Under the pieces are notes generated by a model. The model searched no databases, was not told where the DNA came from, and saw only the letters and a list, made by a program, of their open reading frames with translations. The position numbers were made by a program, and so were the translations under genes. From Moniliella sp. 'wahieum' (taxonomy: Eukaryota), in NCBI GenBank assembly GCA_003971905.1, contig RSEE01000034.1:558001-622000 (forward strand): a stretch of DNA of 64,000 nucleotides, given 5' to 3'. Within the stretch, counting starts at the first letter, position 1. The number at the start of each line of letters is the position of its first letter. Below are positions 48,510 through 59,686 of the stretch, piece after piece.

Positions 48510-50358
48510 TCAAGCGAACAAGCGCTTGGTGTAGCTCTCCAGCCCGGACACTCCACCTTCAAGTTGAGCCGAGGCAGTGCGCAGCTCAAAGCGGACCTTG
48601 CCCGACGACACGCCCTCGCGCAGCGCCTCAATCGAGGTGACGCCCATGTCCTGGAACGAATGTTGCAGGCCAGTGTACAGGTAGGGGACAAACTTTTTGA
48701 TGCTGCCCTTGTCCTGCACCGACCCACTCACCCTGAGCCACCTTGACCGCATCCGCCTCGGAAAAGTAGCGCTGGGTCGCCGCGTTCTCTTGGGCCGCGG
48801 TCGCCTGGGCTGCCTTGGCCGCACCAGCGCCAGTCGCACCGCTGTGCGACGCCTTGGCGCCCTGGTGCTCCATCGCTTCGAGCGAGCCCATGCCACGGTA
48901 CCCCTTGAGGCGCTTGCCCTCGCGGTAAAAGTACTCGCCTGGCGACTCGGTCGTGCCAGCCAAGAGACCACCCATCATGACGCCGCCGGCACCGAGCGCA
49001 AGCGCCTTGGCAATGTGGCCCACGTTCGAGATACCGCCGTCGGCGATGACAGGCACACCAAATTGGTTGGCAAACTCGGCCACCGCATGCACCGCCGTGC
49101 CCTGGGGCCGGCCCACGGCCATAACCTCCTGGGTAATGCAAATTGAACGCTGCCCATGCCGACGCGCAAGCCGTCAGCGCCAGCGGCAATCAGCTGCGCC
49201 GCCTGCTCCCGCGTCACCACATTGCCCGCAATCACTTCGAGCTGAGGCCACTTGCTCTTGATCCACTGGATCATCCACCTGGTACGTCGAGTTGCCCTGG
49301 CTCGAATCCAGAATGACCACGTCCAAGCCGGCATCGACAAGCAGGCGCAAGCGTTCGCGGTCGTTGGGCCGCGTGCCAATCGCCGCGGCACAGTAGAGCT
49401 GCTTGGTGACCGGGTGCTTGCTGGCCAGGGGGAAGTTTTGGTTCTTGAGCAAGTCCGAGCGCGCGAGCAGGCTCACCAGGCGACCGGCCTTGTCGACAAT
49501 AGGCAACTTGCCCTTCTTCGAGTCACGCAGGATCGTGTTGGCTTCCTCGAGCGTCACGCCCTCGGGCGCAGTCACCAGCTCCTTGGTCATCACGTCCGTC
49601 ACGGGCAAACTCGGGTCGCGGAACTGCACGTCGCGCGCCGTCACAATCCCGAGCAACTTGCCATGCAGCGCACCCGTGTCTGTAACAAACAAGAACAGAC
49701 AAAGGCCAAGTCAGCGTTGGTTCGCCACACAGACGCGAGATCAGAGGACATAGGTAAATCGGTCTCCGCAAGTCACCACGCGAGTGGTTGCATTAGGAGG
49801 AACGAAGGTATAACAGCAAGATGTGGTTTTCATCACTGTGCCTAGCCAGGGAAGGGATGAACGTACCAGTGATGGGGATGCCGCAAAAGCCGAGACGGTC
49901 CTTGATGTCCAGCACGTCGCCCACCGTTTCCGAGGGGGTGAGGCACAAGGGCTCCGAGATGAACCCGTTTTCAAACTCTTGACCGAGCGCACCATCGCGG
50001 CCTGCTCCGCGGGGGGCATGTTGTTGTGGATGACACCAATGCCGCCCATGAGGGCCATGGCAATGGCCATCTTGGTCTCCGTCACCGTGTCCATGGGGAG
50101 GAGAGGAAGGGGGTGTGAGCACCACGTTGCGGGTAATGCGCGACTTGAGGCTGACGTTGCTGGCGGGGGGAAGTCAATGTAGCCGGGGAGACAGAGAAAG
50201 TCGTTGTAGGTCAGGCCGCCGTGGAGCTTGGCGTCCATGAGGTCCTGCATGGACAGGCCGTCGCCGTGGGCGTAGGTGGCGAGGTGGGCGAGCGCCTGGG
50301 CCGCATCGAGCACGGCGGGCGCGGAGGGCGCAGAGGCGGCGGTGGCAGCAGGCGTCAT
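48510..50358 (-). CDS. IMPDH: Inosine-5'-monophosphate dehydrogenase with CBS pair
   Basis: [51 protein letters not shown][G][27 protein letters not shown]. Intron 49866-49680; several frameshifts. Confidence 0.97.
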
Positions 50359-50459
50359 GGTGGGGGCAGTAGAATACAACAGGACCAGCACAGCGCTTCG
50401 ACAGCTGGGGGCGGGATGGGGGCCAAGAGGCCAGCGCGGGCTGGGCCGCGGCCACACGC

Positions 50460-50466
50460 TTATATA
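50460..50466 (-). promoter_or_regulatory. Putative TATA box of IMPDH
   Basis: TATATAA on the minus strand ~100 nt upstream of ATG 50358. Confidence 0.5.
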
Positions 50467-50929
50467 CCAGCCGGCCCTCGCTGCTGGGCCGCCGGCCGGG
50501 CATTCTGATTTTTTTTTTCGCGAGTCCGCTAGGCCGGCTCGGGCCTCCGCCCCATTCCGCCCCTCCACACTGCCCCCCCCCGCGGCCTCAGACAGCCGCC
50601 CGCCGCGGAACTCTGTTTCCGCCCCAGTTGGCCCATGGCGCGGATATATCCCCCACCGCTCACCACCCCTCAGGGCAACGAGACGACCCGACTGCCTTCC
50701 TCCCTCCGCTACCGACACGAGACAAGTGGATTCAGCTAGACAGATACTCCGACAGAACAAAAGAGAGGAACCAACGAGGGCAAGCAAAGGAAGGAAAAAA
50801 AGGAACATAACACGGGGGCGTGGGGGGGGGGCTCAGAAGAGCCACGGGGCCAAGGCGCAATAAGAGGGTTGACATCAGCCAGACGCACCCCGGGAGGAAG
50901 CGCGTTCGAGACAGCGGAAGCGAATCCGC

Positions 50930-51993
50930 CTAGGTGATCACGACCGGCTCGTGGTGCTCATCCCGCACCACCACACCTCCACGTCCGCGCGCTCACCCGT
51001 GTCCATAAACGTGATCGACGTCTGGTCCACCGGGTCGGTCCGGACCCCGCGCTTCTCCATAAAGGAACGGCCAAGGATAACAGGGAAGTACGAATCTTCA
51101 CACAACATCACCGTGCATGGCACCGCGCGCGATCCCACCTGCACCGGCCACTTGCCCAGGTTGGTAATCCCATTGTACCCATACGTGCCCGGGGTTGTGT
51201 CCTTGGGGATAAAGCGCGTGAGCCAGGGCAAAACTGCGACTGACATACACGTGCCGGTACCCTCCTTGAGCATCATGGGCACATCGTGCACGGGACCCAG
51301 GCTGCCGCGCAACAGGCGCACGCCCAGTTGGCTGTGAAACTGCTGGAAGGCCAACTTGTGCGCTGGCGGGGGCAGGGTGCCGTCCTCGGTGGGGGTTTTC
51401 TTGCTTCGCATCGACATGGCCTCGGCAGCCGCGTTGCGGGGGTGCGGCTCGGGGGTAGGACGGGCGCCCAGGGGGGGAGGCGCAGGCGTCGGCGCCGTCG
51501 GGTACAGAATGCTGTCCCGCCCGGTGGTCATGTGGGACGCAGCCAGAGTATGGGTATCGGCGGCTTTGGCGTGGACCGACTCGAGCCGTTGAACCGATAC
51601 CTTGTCTGCGCCGCCGCGGGTCGAAGCTGCAGCAGCAGCTGGCGCGGCCGTGACCGTTTCCCCGGCGCCAGGGCCATCGCGAACGGTTTGCGGGGTGCCT
51701 GCAGGTGGGGCACCCAGGCGGTTCAGAGGCTCCTTGGCCTGGGGCAGCGCGGGGCTGTCGAGATAAACCGACTCCTCGGTCAGCTGCTTGACACGGCCCA
51801 CAAAGATCTCCCAGTCGTCTTCGTCTTCGAGGGTGAACTGCTCGCCGTGCCAGGCGTAGCGCACCGACGCCCCCTCGGCGGGCACACGGGCCTTCTTGGC
51901 GGCGCGGGCGCGCAGGCTGGGAAGCGAGTCGTCGGCGCGGAGGCGCAGCGCAAAGGGTGGCAGCGGGCCAGGGTGGACGTTGAGGATGGTCAT
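50930..51993 (-). CDS. Hypothetical protein: N-terminal PB1/ubiquitin-like domain + C-terminal retropepsin-like domain lacking the catalytic Asp
   Basis: N-term SLPSLRARAAKK..VRYAWHGEQFTLEDEDDWEIF (acidic OPCA-like). C-term GVRLLRGSLGPVHDVPMMLKEGYRHVYVSRSFA..YGYNGITNLGKWPVQVG..FPVILGRSFMEKRGV..EPVVIT-TAG. Needs about 3 small indel corrections. Confidence 0.68.
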
Positions 51994-52220
51994 GGCGAGC
52001 CGAACACAAGCACAAGCACAGGTAGACGGCAGGTGGGGGGGCGGACGAGGGCGAGGGCGAGGGATACACAACCGAACCGCAGCCAGCCCCCAGCCTGGCA
52101 TCAGATCATCCGAGGCAGCCTGAATATTGAATCCAGATGCGCATGCGAATTGCCAGTGGATGACGTCAGGGCGTCGGATGAACGCGGGCGATCATCGACA
52201 TCGCTCAGCGGGCGCTGCTG

Positions 52221-52277
52221 TGCTGCGCTGTGCTGCGCTGTGCTGCGCTGTGCTGCGCTGTGCTGCGCTGTGCTGCG
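52221..52277. repeat. Decamer tandem repeat (TGCTGCGCTG)x5+
   Basis: Five perfect units plus a partial unit, upstream of the PB1 gene. Confidence 0.93.
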
Positions 52278-53381
52278 GCTGGTAGAATGTCGCTGCACCG
52301 GCACGGCGCCAGCCAGCGCCAGCGCCGATGCAGATGATCGCCCGCCGCATCCCAGCGCTGTGCTGAGTCAGCCCCCGTGGCCCAAGCTGCAGGGCAGCTA
52401 GTGCACCCAAATGCGAACGGGAGTTAGGGTTGGGCGCCGGGATCATCGATCATCGCTGAGGCTCAGCGCTCATCGACATGAATAAAGCAAAGCGTTCAGC
52501 AAGATCCAGTCTTGAGGGCCAACATACGCAACAGGTTGCACGGCCACTCGCACTGGCTGACACCAGCACCCCTTGGCCAGCATCTTCACCGCTCAATCCG
52601 CACCCACCATCCTCGCCAACACGCCCCCTCGTGGGCCTAGCTGTACGGCTCGACCTACCAACGGATAGTTGCCCCGCCCGTGCTCTTCTATAGTTTATGC
52701 TGTGAAATCGTTGTATCCCCCCACACAGTGCGATAGCTTAGCACCAACAGACGGAGGGGAAAGGGGAAACGCAAGTTCGGTCGCCGCCCATGGAGAGACC
52801 GAAATGTAATGCATCATGCCGCTCTCACGTTTTGCCCGACCTTACGGTGGGATCGTGTATATCGATCGCAAGCCGAAGACAAAAGACCATTATAGAAAGA
52901 GAGAACGCATTGTGAGGGAGAGAGCCAGACACAGTAGCAGGGTGTCCGTCAGTGCTGCATGCACCAAGGGACATGATAAGGCTGGCAGTGTCCTCGGGGC
53001 CAGTGAGCAACAAGTGGAGAGGGAGAGGAGCAGGAGGAAGGTTCCGTGTGACCGGTGATCCTAGCAGGTCCTAACCTTCGCATATACACACGCCATCCTG
53101 CCAGTGCCATTGCTATTTCTCGACCCTTGCCACAATGTCGTATTGTTTCCGCCCAGGAGCACTTGAGCAGTTACTACCTTCATTCGACGCCAATCGTCCA
53201 TGCAGACTACGTCTAAACTAACCAGGAATACATGTGATGGATGGGCGGGCCAGGAAAAGGAGGGCCGAGTACAGACAACGAATGTGGTATACTGAGACTG
53301 AAGTGAAGGAGGTAGTCCCACAAAGCAAGAGCGCCCAAACTCCCCTCTGATCTGACCCTCCCCCAGGCAAAAGACAAACGA

Positions 53382-54158
53382 TCACTTGTTGCCCTTTTGA
53401 GCCTTGAACTCGGCGTTGGCCTTGTGCAGCTGGTCGGCGATTGACTCGGCCTTGCGCGTGATGGCCTCCCTTTCCTCATCCTTGTTGGGCTGGGCCGGGC
53501 CTTGTCCTGGTTGGCAAGTTGCGCCGCCAAGATCTTGGCATTGCAGTTGCGCAAGTTTGGCTTGCGCGTTCTACTCCGCCATCGAGGGCGCGCTTGTAAG
53601 CGACGGCGGCCTCGGAAAGCTGCTCACACGCCTCCAGTAGCGCCCCGTTGTACTGGATCTCTGGATCTTCCGGAGAAAGGCGGCGGCCTCCTTAATGTGG
53701 TGGATGGCCTTATCGGGGCGTGGGGCACCGACAGCGATACGCATTCGATAGGTTCATGTGCGCATCGAAGAAGGCGCGACATCGATCGCATCCTCCCACA
53801 GCGTGATGGCGGCCGGCATGTTGCGTTCCGAGTAGTGGCAAATGCCTAGGTTGTACAGCGCATCCGCATTCTTTTCGTCAATGGCCAGGATGGAGGAGTA
53901 GGCATCCTTGGCAGAAGGAATATCGTTCGAGTCCATCGCCTCAAACCCCAGGCGCAGCAAACGCACGATCCGTGCCTCGGCGGGTCCCGACCCTTGTCCT
54001 CTTCGGCGCTGGACAGGGTCGTCGCATAGCGCTGCTGCAACACGGCGCGCATCGGCAGCGCACGCGGAAGCGCAGACGCAGTCGCGATGCACGTCTTCAT
54101 CTGCGCACGCGTCGCGCCGACGACAGCACGCAGAGAGGAAAGGCAGTGCACGTTGCAT
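53382..54158 (-). CDS. Putative mitochondrial TPR-repeat protein
   Basis: Presequence-like start (MQRALPFL..RAVLQQRYATT); TPRs AKDAYSSILAIDEKNADALYNLGICHY, AAITLWEDAIDVAPS..AHMNLSNAY, PEDPEIQYN..YKRALDGGVERA..LRNCNAKIL; ends AQKGNK-TGA. Multiple frameshifts. Confidence 0.75.
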
Positions 54159-54491
54159 GGCTGCTGCTGCTGGTGGCAACGGAGCGAGGGGCGCGTCGTG
54201 CCGCACAAGGGGGTCGGGGGGGGGGGGAGAAAGAAAGAAGGTGGCGGAAGAAGTGGCATCACCTGTATTCCGCCCTCCCACCCCACATCCGCCAGGCCTT
54301 GGCCCTCCCTCGAAAGAAGCATTACAACTAGGGGGGCTGTGGGTCGGTCTCTCCACGCTCCCGCTCAGCGCACTCATCCCTATCCATATCTCGGTAACGC
54401 TATGCGCCATACAACACATCTGTCTCCACGCTGGGACTGGGATGGGATCGAGGGGCACATGGGTAAAGTACATGGCAAACGAATGCAGTGT

Positions 54492-56256
54492 TTACTCGAG
54501 GCCAGCATGCGGGTCCTCCATCGGCTCGTCTGGCTGCACCGTGATCGCATCGTCGATCCGCAACAGCCCCGTCGCCGCCTCCAGCGCCGACTTGAGCGAG
54601 CGCACCTTGGACACTGTCGGCTCCAACACCCGCCTTGAGGTTGTCGCGGATGGTGCCGTTGAGCAGGTCCAGACCGTAGAAACGCAAGTTCTTCTTGGGG
54701 TCCCCGGCGCTGGCCACCTGCGCCGCATTGTGGTACGCGCGCAACTTGGCCACTAGCTCGGTGCTGTCCTTGGCTGCGTTGACCGCAAGTTGTTTGGGAA
54801 TGACGAGCAGCGCATTGGCAAATTCAGCAATGGCCAACTGCTCCCTGCTGCCCAGCGTGGTGGCAAAGTTCTCGAGGTAAATGTTCAAGGCCGTCTCGAC
54901 TGCGCCACCGCCGGGAACGACCGAACCACTCTCGAGCGTACGCTTGATGACCGACAAGCTGTCGTGCAGAGACCGCTCCATCTCGTCCAATGCATAGTCG
55001 TTCGCGCCACGAAGAACGATCGAGGAGCTGGAAACGGTCTTGGTCCCCTTGACCAGGATAAGCTCGTCGTCGGAAATGCGTTCCTGCACCACCTCCTCCG
55101 CCGTACCAAGGTAAGAGGCCTCATACGTCTCCTCCCCATCCAAGTTGGCCAACGAGCTGATCAATTGTCCTCCGGTCGCCTTGGCAATCCGGCGCAAGTC
55201 TTCTTTCGGCACCGACGAACACCCATCGCACCTGCCTCGACAAATTCCTTGAGGACCAAGTCGTCGATGCCCTTGGTCGTCAGCACAACGTTCCCCGGCC
55301 GCCAGGATCTTGCGCACGCGCTCCAACGCAATCTCGCTCTCCCTTGCCCGGATTTTCTCCAACTGGTCTGGGTCGTCAATGGTGATGTGGACGCCCATGT
55401 GCATGCGCTGCTTGGTAAGGTTCATGTCCAAGCACGCAATCTTCGCCCCCGTGATGCGCTTCTTCATTGCCTGTGAGGCCACGGTACAGTTCAGCGCGTA
55501 CCCCGAGACAAAGAGGGATTCGCGCGCCGATTTTCCATGTGCTTTCAGCACATTGACTGCCTTGGGAAGGGGTACTTGATCTCCCCGCGCGGGTGATCGT
55601 CTGACAGCCAGCATGCGTCGACGGCCAGCTTAGCGAAAAAGTCATCGTCCGAGCCAATGATCTTGGACGACATGCTCGTCTTGGCCACATTGATCAGCGA
55701 CTCCTTCCCCAGCGCATCCACCTTGGTACTAAGCTGGTCTTGAAGGAACTTGATGGCTTCCTTGCAGGCCAAGCGGTACCCAGTGATGATCGTCGTGGGG
55801 TGCACCTTGGCCTTGACCAGCTCGTTGGCCCGACGCAGCAGCTCAGCCGCCACAATGACCACGGACGTTGTGCCATCCCCTACCTCCTTGTCCTGCTGCT
55901 GGGCCAGCTCAACCAGGATGCGGCCGGCAGGCTGGTTGACCTCCAGCAGCTGCAGGATAGTGGCCCCGTCATTCGAAATGGTCACATCGCCAATATCGTC
56001 AACCAGCATCCTGTGCGCGCGAGTCAGTACCTGCACCTGCACCTGCACCTGTGCGACGCCACCGTCGCAGCCGCAAGAAATGACAACAGAAGACCACGTA
56101 CTTGTCCAGCCCCACCGGGCCCAGGCTGGTCTTGACAATGTTGGCGATCGTCTGGGCCGCAAGCACGTTCTGGTCGCGGATCTCGGCGCCCGAGAGGCGG
56201 GAGCCGCCAATGAAGAGGCCAGCAGTGCGCGGGTCCTTGGCAAAGAGCTGCGCCAT
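54492..56256 (-). CDS. TCP1: T-complex protein 1 subunit alpha (CCT1)
   Basis: IANIVKTSLGPVGLDK|MLVDDIGDVTISNDGATIL (intron 56101-56011), EVGDGTTSVV, VHPTTIITGYRLA, NVLKAHGKS, LDEMERSLHDSL, VVPGGGAVE, LLRIDD. Confidence 0.97.
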
Positions 56257-56845
56257 GGTCGGGGGGGCGATGGCAAGAACAAAGCCAACGCGCCGCCGCC
56301 GCCGAAGACGGGACGCCGCGCCGAAGCCAGCGGAATTCGGCTTACGTACATGCACCACACCGGTGCATCACAGCATCACCGGTTGGCGCATGTCACGTGC
56401 CGCCTCGGCGCAGTGCAACACCGGCTCGCGGGGCGCCTCACGCCTCCGGTAATCAATGCTACATTGTACCATCTGCTATCGGTGCGTACGGGCTGACAAG
56501 CGACACTGAGATGTGGCGGGGAGCGTGCTCCGCGATCGTTGAATTGCGTGAAAGGGTTTGAACAGCGACGCACAGCGTCCATGTTCAGGAGAGGGTTGCG
56601 TTCGACACGGGGGGCAGCACACAAGAACGTGCATGGAATGAAAGGGAAGGGGTAGTGTAGAGAGGGGCAAGGGCGGACCGTGAACGGTCGTGAAGTACCA
56701 GTACATGGGGGTCAAACTGTTGCCAGCAACAGTTGATGACAGGCCATGCCTGTGCGCATTTACAAGCCGGTTCCAGCCGGCTCCAAGATCAACTACGAAT
56801 GGACTTGCCTCCAGGGCGTTCCGAGACGAGATGAAATGTAGGTGG

Positions 56846-58221
56846 CTACCAGCCGGCGGCTTGCTTGGCCGTTTGGAGCATGGACGGAGTGAGATGCGGG
56901 TATTGCCAGAAGACCATACCGGCGTCCCAGCCTTGGCCACGGGCCGAGGAAAGGCACTGGCCCAAAGCTGAGGACGCCATGTACCCGCTCGAGGCGTCGG
57001 CCGTGGTGGCAGGCTTGCCCACGACCAACTTGCTGAGCGGGATGTGTTCATTCTGACTAATCTCAAAGATGGAAGAGCCAGGGCAGGTGCCACCAGAAGA
57101 ATGCAAGAGACTGTTGCAAGACTCGTACATCCCTGCACCTTGGTTGTACGTTTGCACCAAAACGCGTCAATCGGCGCAACATCCTTGACCTGAGAATAAA
57201 TCTTGCTGTACCCGGCGCCCCACTGGCATTGCGAACTAAAGTAGGGCGCTTGCGGCGCGTGGGTAATGACATACTGACCCTCGGGAAGCTGCTTGCGCAG
57301 CGTCTTTTGCAGCGTCACCAACCAGTTCACCGCCTGACCATTGAGGAAGGAGGACGAGTCCTCAAAGTCCACGTCCACCCCATCCAAATCATATTGCTTG
57401 ACAAACTGCGCCAGCTGGTTGGCCGTTTGCGTCGCATCTTTGCCCTCCAACACGGGGTAGTCCGTCGACCCAAATGCGGAAACGAGAATCTTGACGCCAG
57501 CTTGGGCGTAGGCCTGTTTGATCTGCTTGCGCTCAGACGCACTGGCTTGGCTCCAGGCCATCGCAGCGTCCACGGGACCCGAGGTGGTGGTCCAAAACGC
57601 AAGAATGTAATGGGTCAATCCCTTAGGCGGCTCGGAGGGGATGCCGTTGGATTGCCACGAGTCACCGTACACGGCAAACCGACTTGCCATTGGATCCCGA
57701 ACCACCCGAACCGCCTGAGCCACCGGAACTTGAGCCCGAGCCCGAGCCCGAGCCCGAGCCCCAGCCAGAGCTTGCACTGGAACCGGAGCCAGAACCAGAG
57801 CCTGCACCCCATGATGCGGACGAGTGTGAAGCGGAGGAGGACTTGCTTCCCCACGGATGGGAGCGGGTGCCAGACTTGGAACCCGAGTTGCTAGCCCAAT
57901 GGAGTCCGCCCGACGACGAGGCCGCCTGGGACGAAGTGGGCGCGGAGGTTGAGCTAGAAGAGGCGGAGCGGGTACGGCGTGAGGTAGTCCACGATGGCTT
58001 GGAGGAGTGGGACCAGCCCGAGGAGAGGAGGAGGAGGATGGGGACGAGGAAGAAGAAGAGGAGGCACCGGACGGGGTGATCCAGGAGGTGCGGTGGGGGC
58101 GGCAGCGCCGTGCGCTACGGCGGGCGTGGCGCGCGGGCAACTGCATCGGAGGCATGTCGTGGACGGCATGGGCACAGATAGCCGCACACAGTGTGGCAAG
58201 GAGGAGGAAGAGAAGACGCAT
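56846..58221 (-). CDS. Secreted GH18 chitinase with Ser/Gly-rich N-terminal linker
   Basis: Signal peptide MRLLFLLLATLCAAICAHA, Ser/Gly linker, KILVSAFG, intact catalytic YDLDGVDVDFE, ITHAPQAPYF, VQTYNQG, KLVVGKP, GMVFWQY. Confidence 0.93.
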
Positions 58222-59686
58222 TCTGAGAGGAAGGGAAGAGCGGAGGGCAGAGGGGGAGCAGAGAGGACGGAGGGCACCAGGCCGGAGAGAGAGATTGGGG
58301 TATGCGAGGGAGGGGAGGCACCAGGCCAAGGAAGCAAAAGTAGGGAAAGGAGCACGACCGGCGCGCAGAGGGGGAGAAGAGGTGTCGAGAGACGAGAGGT
58401 GGTGGAGGGACGAGGGAAGAGAGGAAGCTGGAGGCGCCATCGCAGTCGGGCTAGCTGGGGGGGGTGAGCCTCACCTCGGCCTCACCGCGCAGTACACGTA
58501 GGGTTACGTGGGCTTGGAACGGCGGGTGGAAAGTGGAGAGTGGCGCCGCGCCGGGTCCTCGCATCGTCGTTGGAGGGTGGGCCTGTGTGGTTGGGATCTG
58601 GGGTCTGAGAAGGGTGGGGCACGGGTTATGCACTGGGGCAGTCAGCGTGTGGCTTGTGGCTGGTCGAGGCGCGCACATCCGGAGAGATCCGCGCGAGGCC
58701 CGAGGCGAGCCACGGTTGCGTTGCCACTCTTCGTCACTAGCCACTAGCCACTAGCCACTAGTCAACTAGCCAGCCCTCAGGCCTCGGGCCTCTCGCGCTC
58801 TGGCGCCTGCCGTGGAGCCTTGGGCAGCAGAGCGCAGTGCTTCTGCCCCGTGTCGTCATTCGCCCGGCCCCTCGCAGCCGACTGGCGCTGTGCGGCTGCT
58901 GATGAGACAGGATGCGTGATGCGTGGCAGGATTAGGGGTCGGCAGTGGGGCGGCCTGCTGGGCCCCCTTCGGCCCCTGTGGGCTCTGTTAGGCCTTGGGT
59001 ACGTTTGGCTCTGAGTGCCCAGGGCCTGCCTGTTTGGGCAAGACGAGCCGCCCCAACCAGCATCGTTACTGGGTACTGGCCCACTGTGGCCAGTGGCACG
59101 AGTCATTATGCGGGTGCCCTCCGCTTCGTCCCGGAGTCGCCGGCCCACCTGTCTCCCCGGACCCACCGACCGAGAGATATCCGCCGGTGTCTCCGGGAGT
59201 GGCCAATGACACTACCATCCCAACAGTCTTTCCACTGAGGGCCTTGCGAGACCCAGGCTACTACGCACCAGGCCCATATGCGGGAGCACAGGACTATAGG
59301 AGTATAGGCGCATCTCCTACATTGTCTTTTTTACCGTCGCCGTGGTAGCACAAAAGGGTGCACTTCATGCGGACTATCATCTGTGGGCGGAAAGAAGACT
59401 GGTGCACAACGAGCGAATACAAGTTTGACAAGATGTCCAAGTGCCACAGAGAGCGGTAGGCCGACCGAGAGAGCATCAATGCCGACCCAGCAACGGCGAA
59501 CACGTCTTCTCTTGTCCCAGCCATCTTTCGGTCAAGTTTCTGGGACGGAGCATCCGGTTGATGGGCGGAGGGGGGGAACCAAGTGCGTCTATGCTGACAT
59601 GGTACACTCTACTGGGATCCAGCAACAAAGAGAGAAATGATCGTGGACAATAGGTTCGACAGCCATGGGAAAGAAAGAAGGGTGGT

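Noticed and set aside
48510..50358. IMPDH as a self-resistance gene of a mycophenolate-type cluster
   Set aside because: No PKS, prenyltransferase or other biosynthetic gene in the window.
50930..51993. Retropepsin-like domain as part of an LTR retrotransposon
   Set aside because: No gag, RT, integrase or LTRs nearby; it sits as a single gene between housekeeping loci.
3667..58221. CHS7 plus chitinase as a chitin gene cluster
   Set aside because: They are over 50 kb apart and separated by unrelated housekeeping genes.
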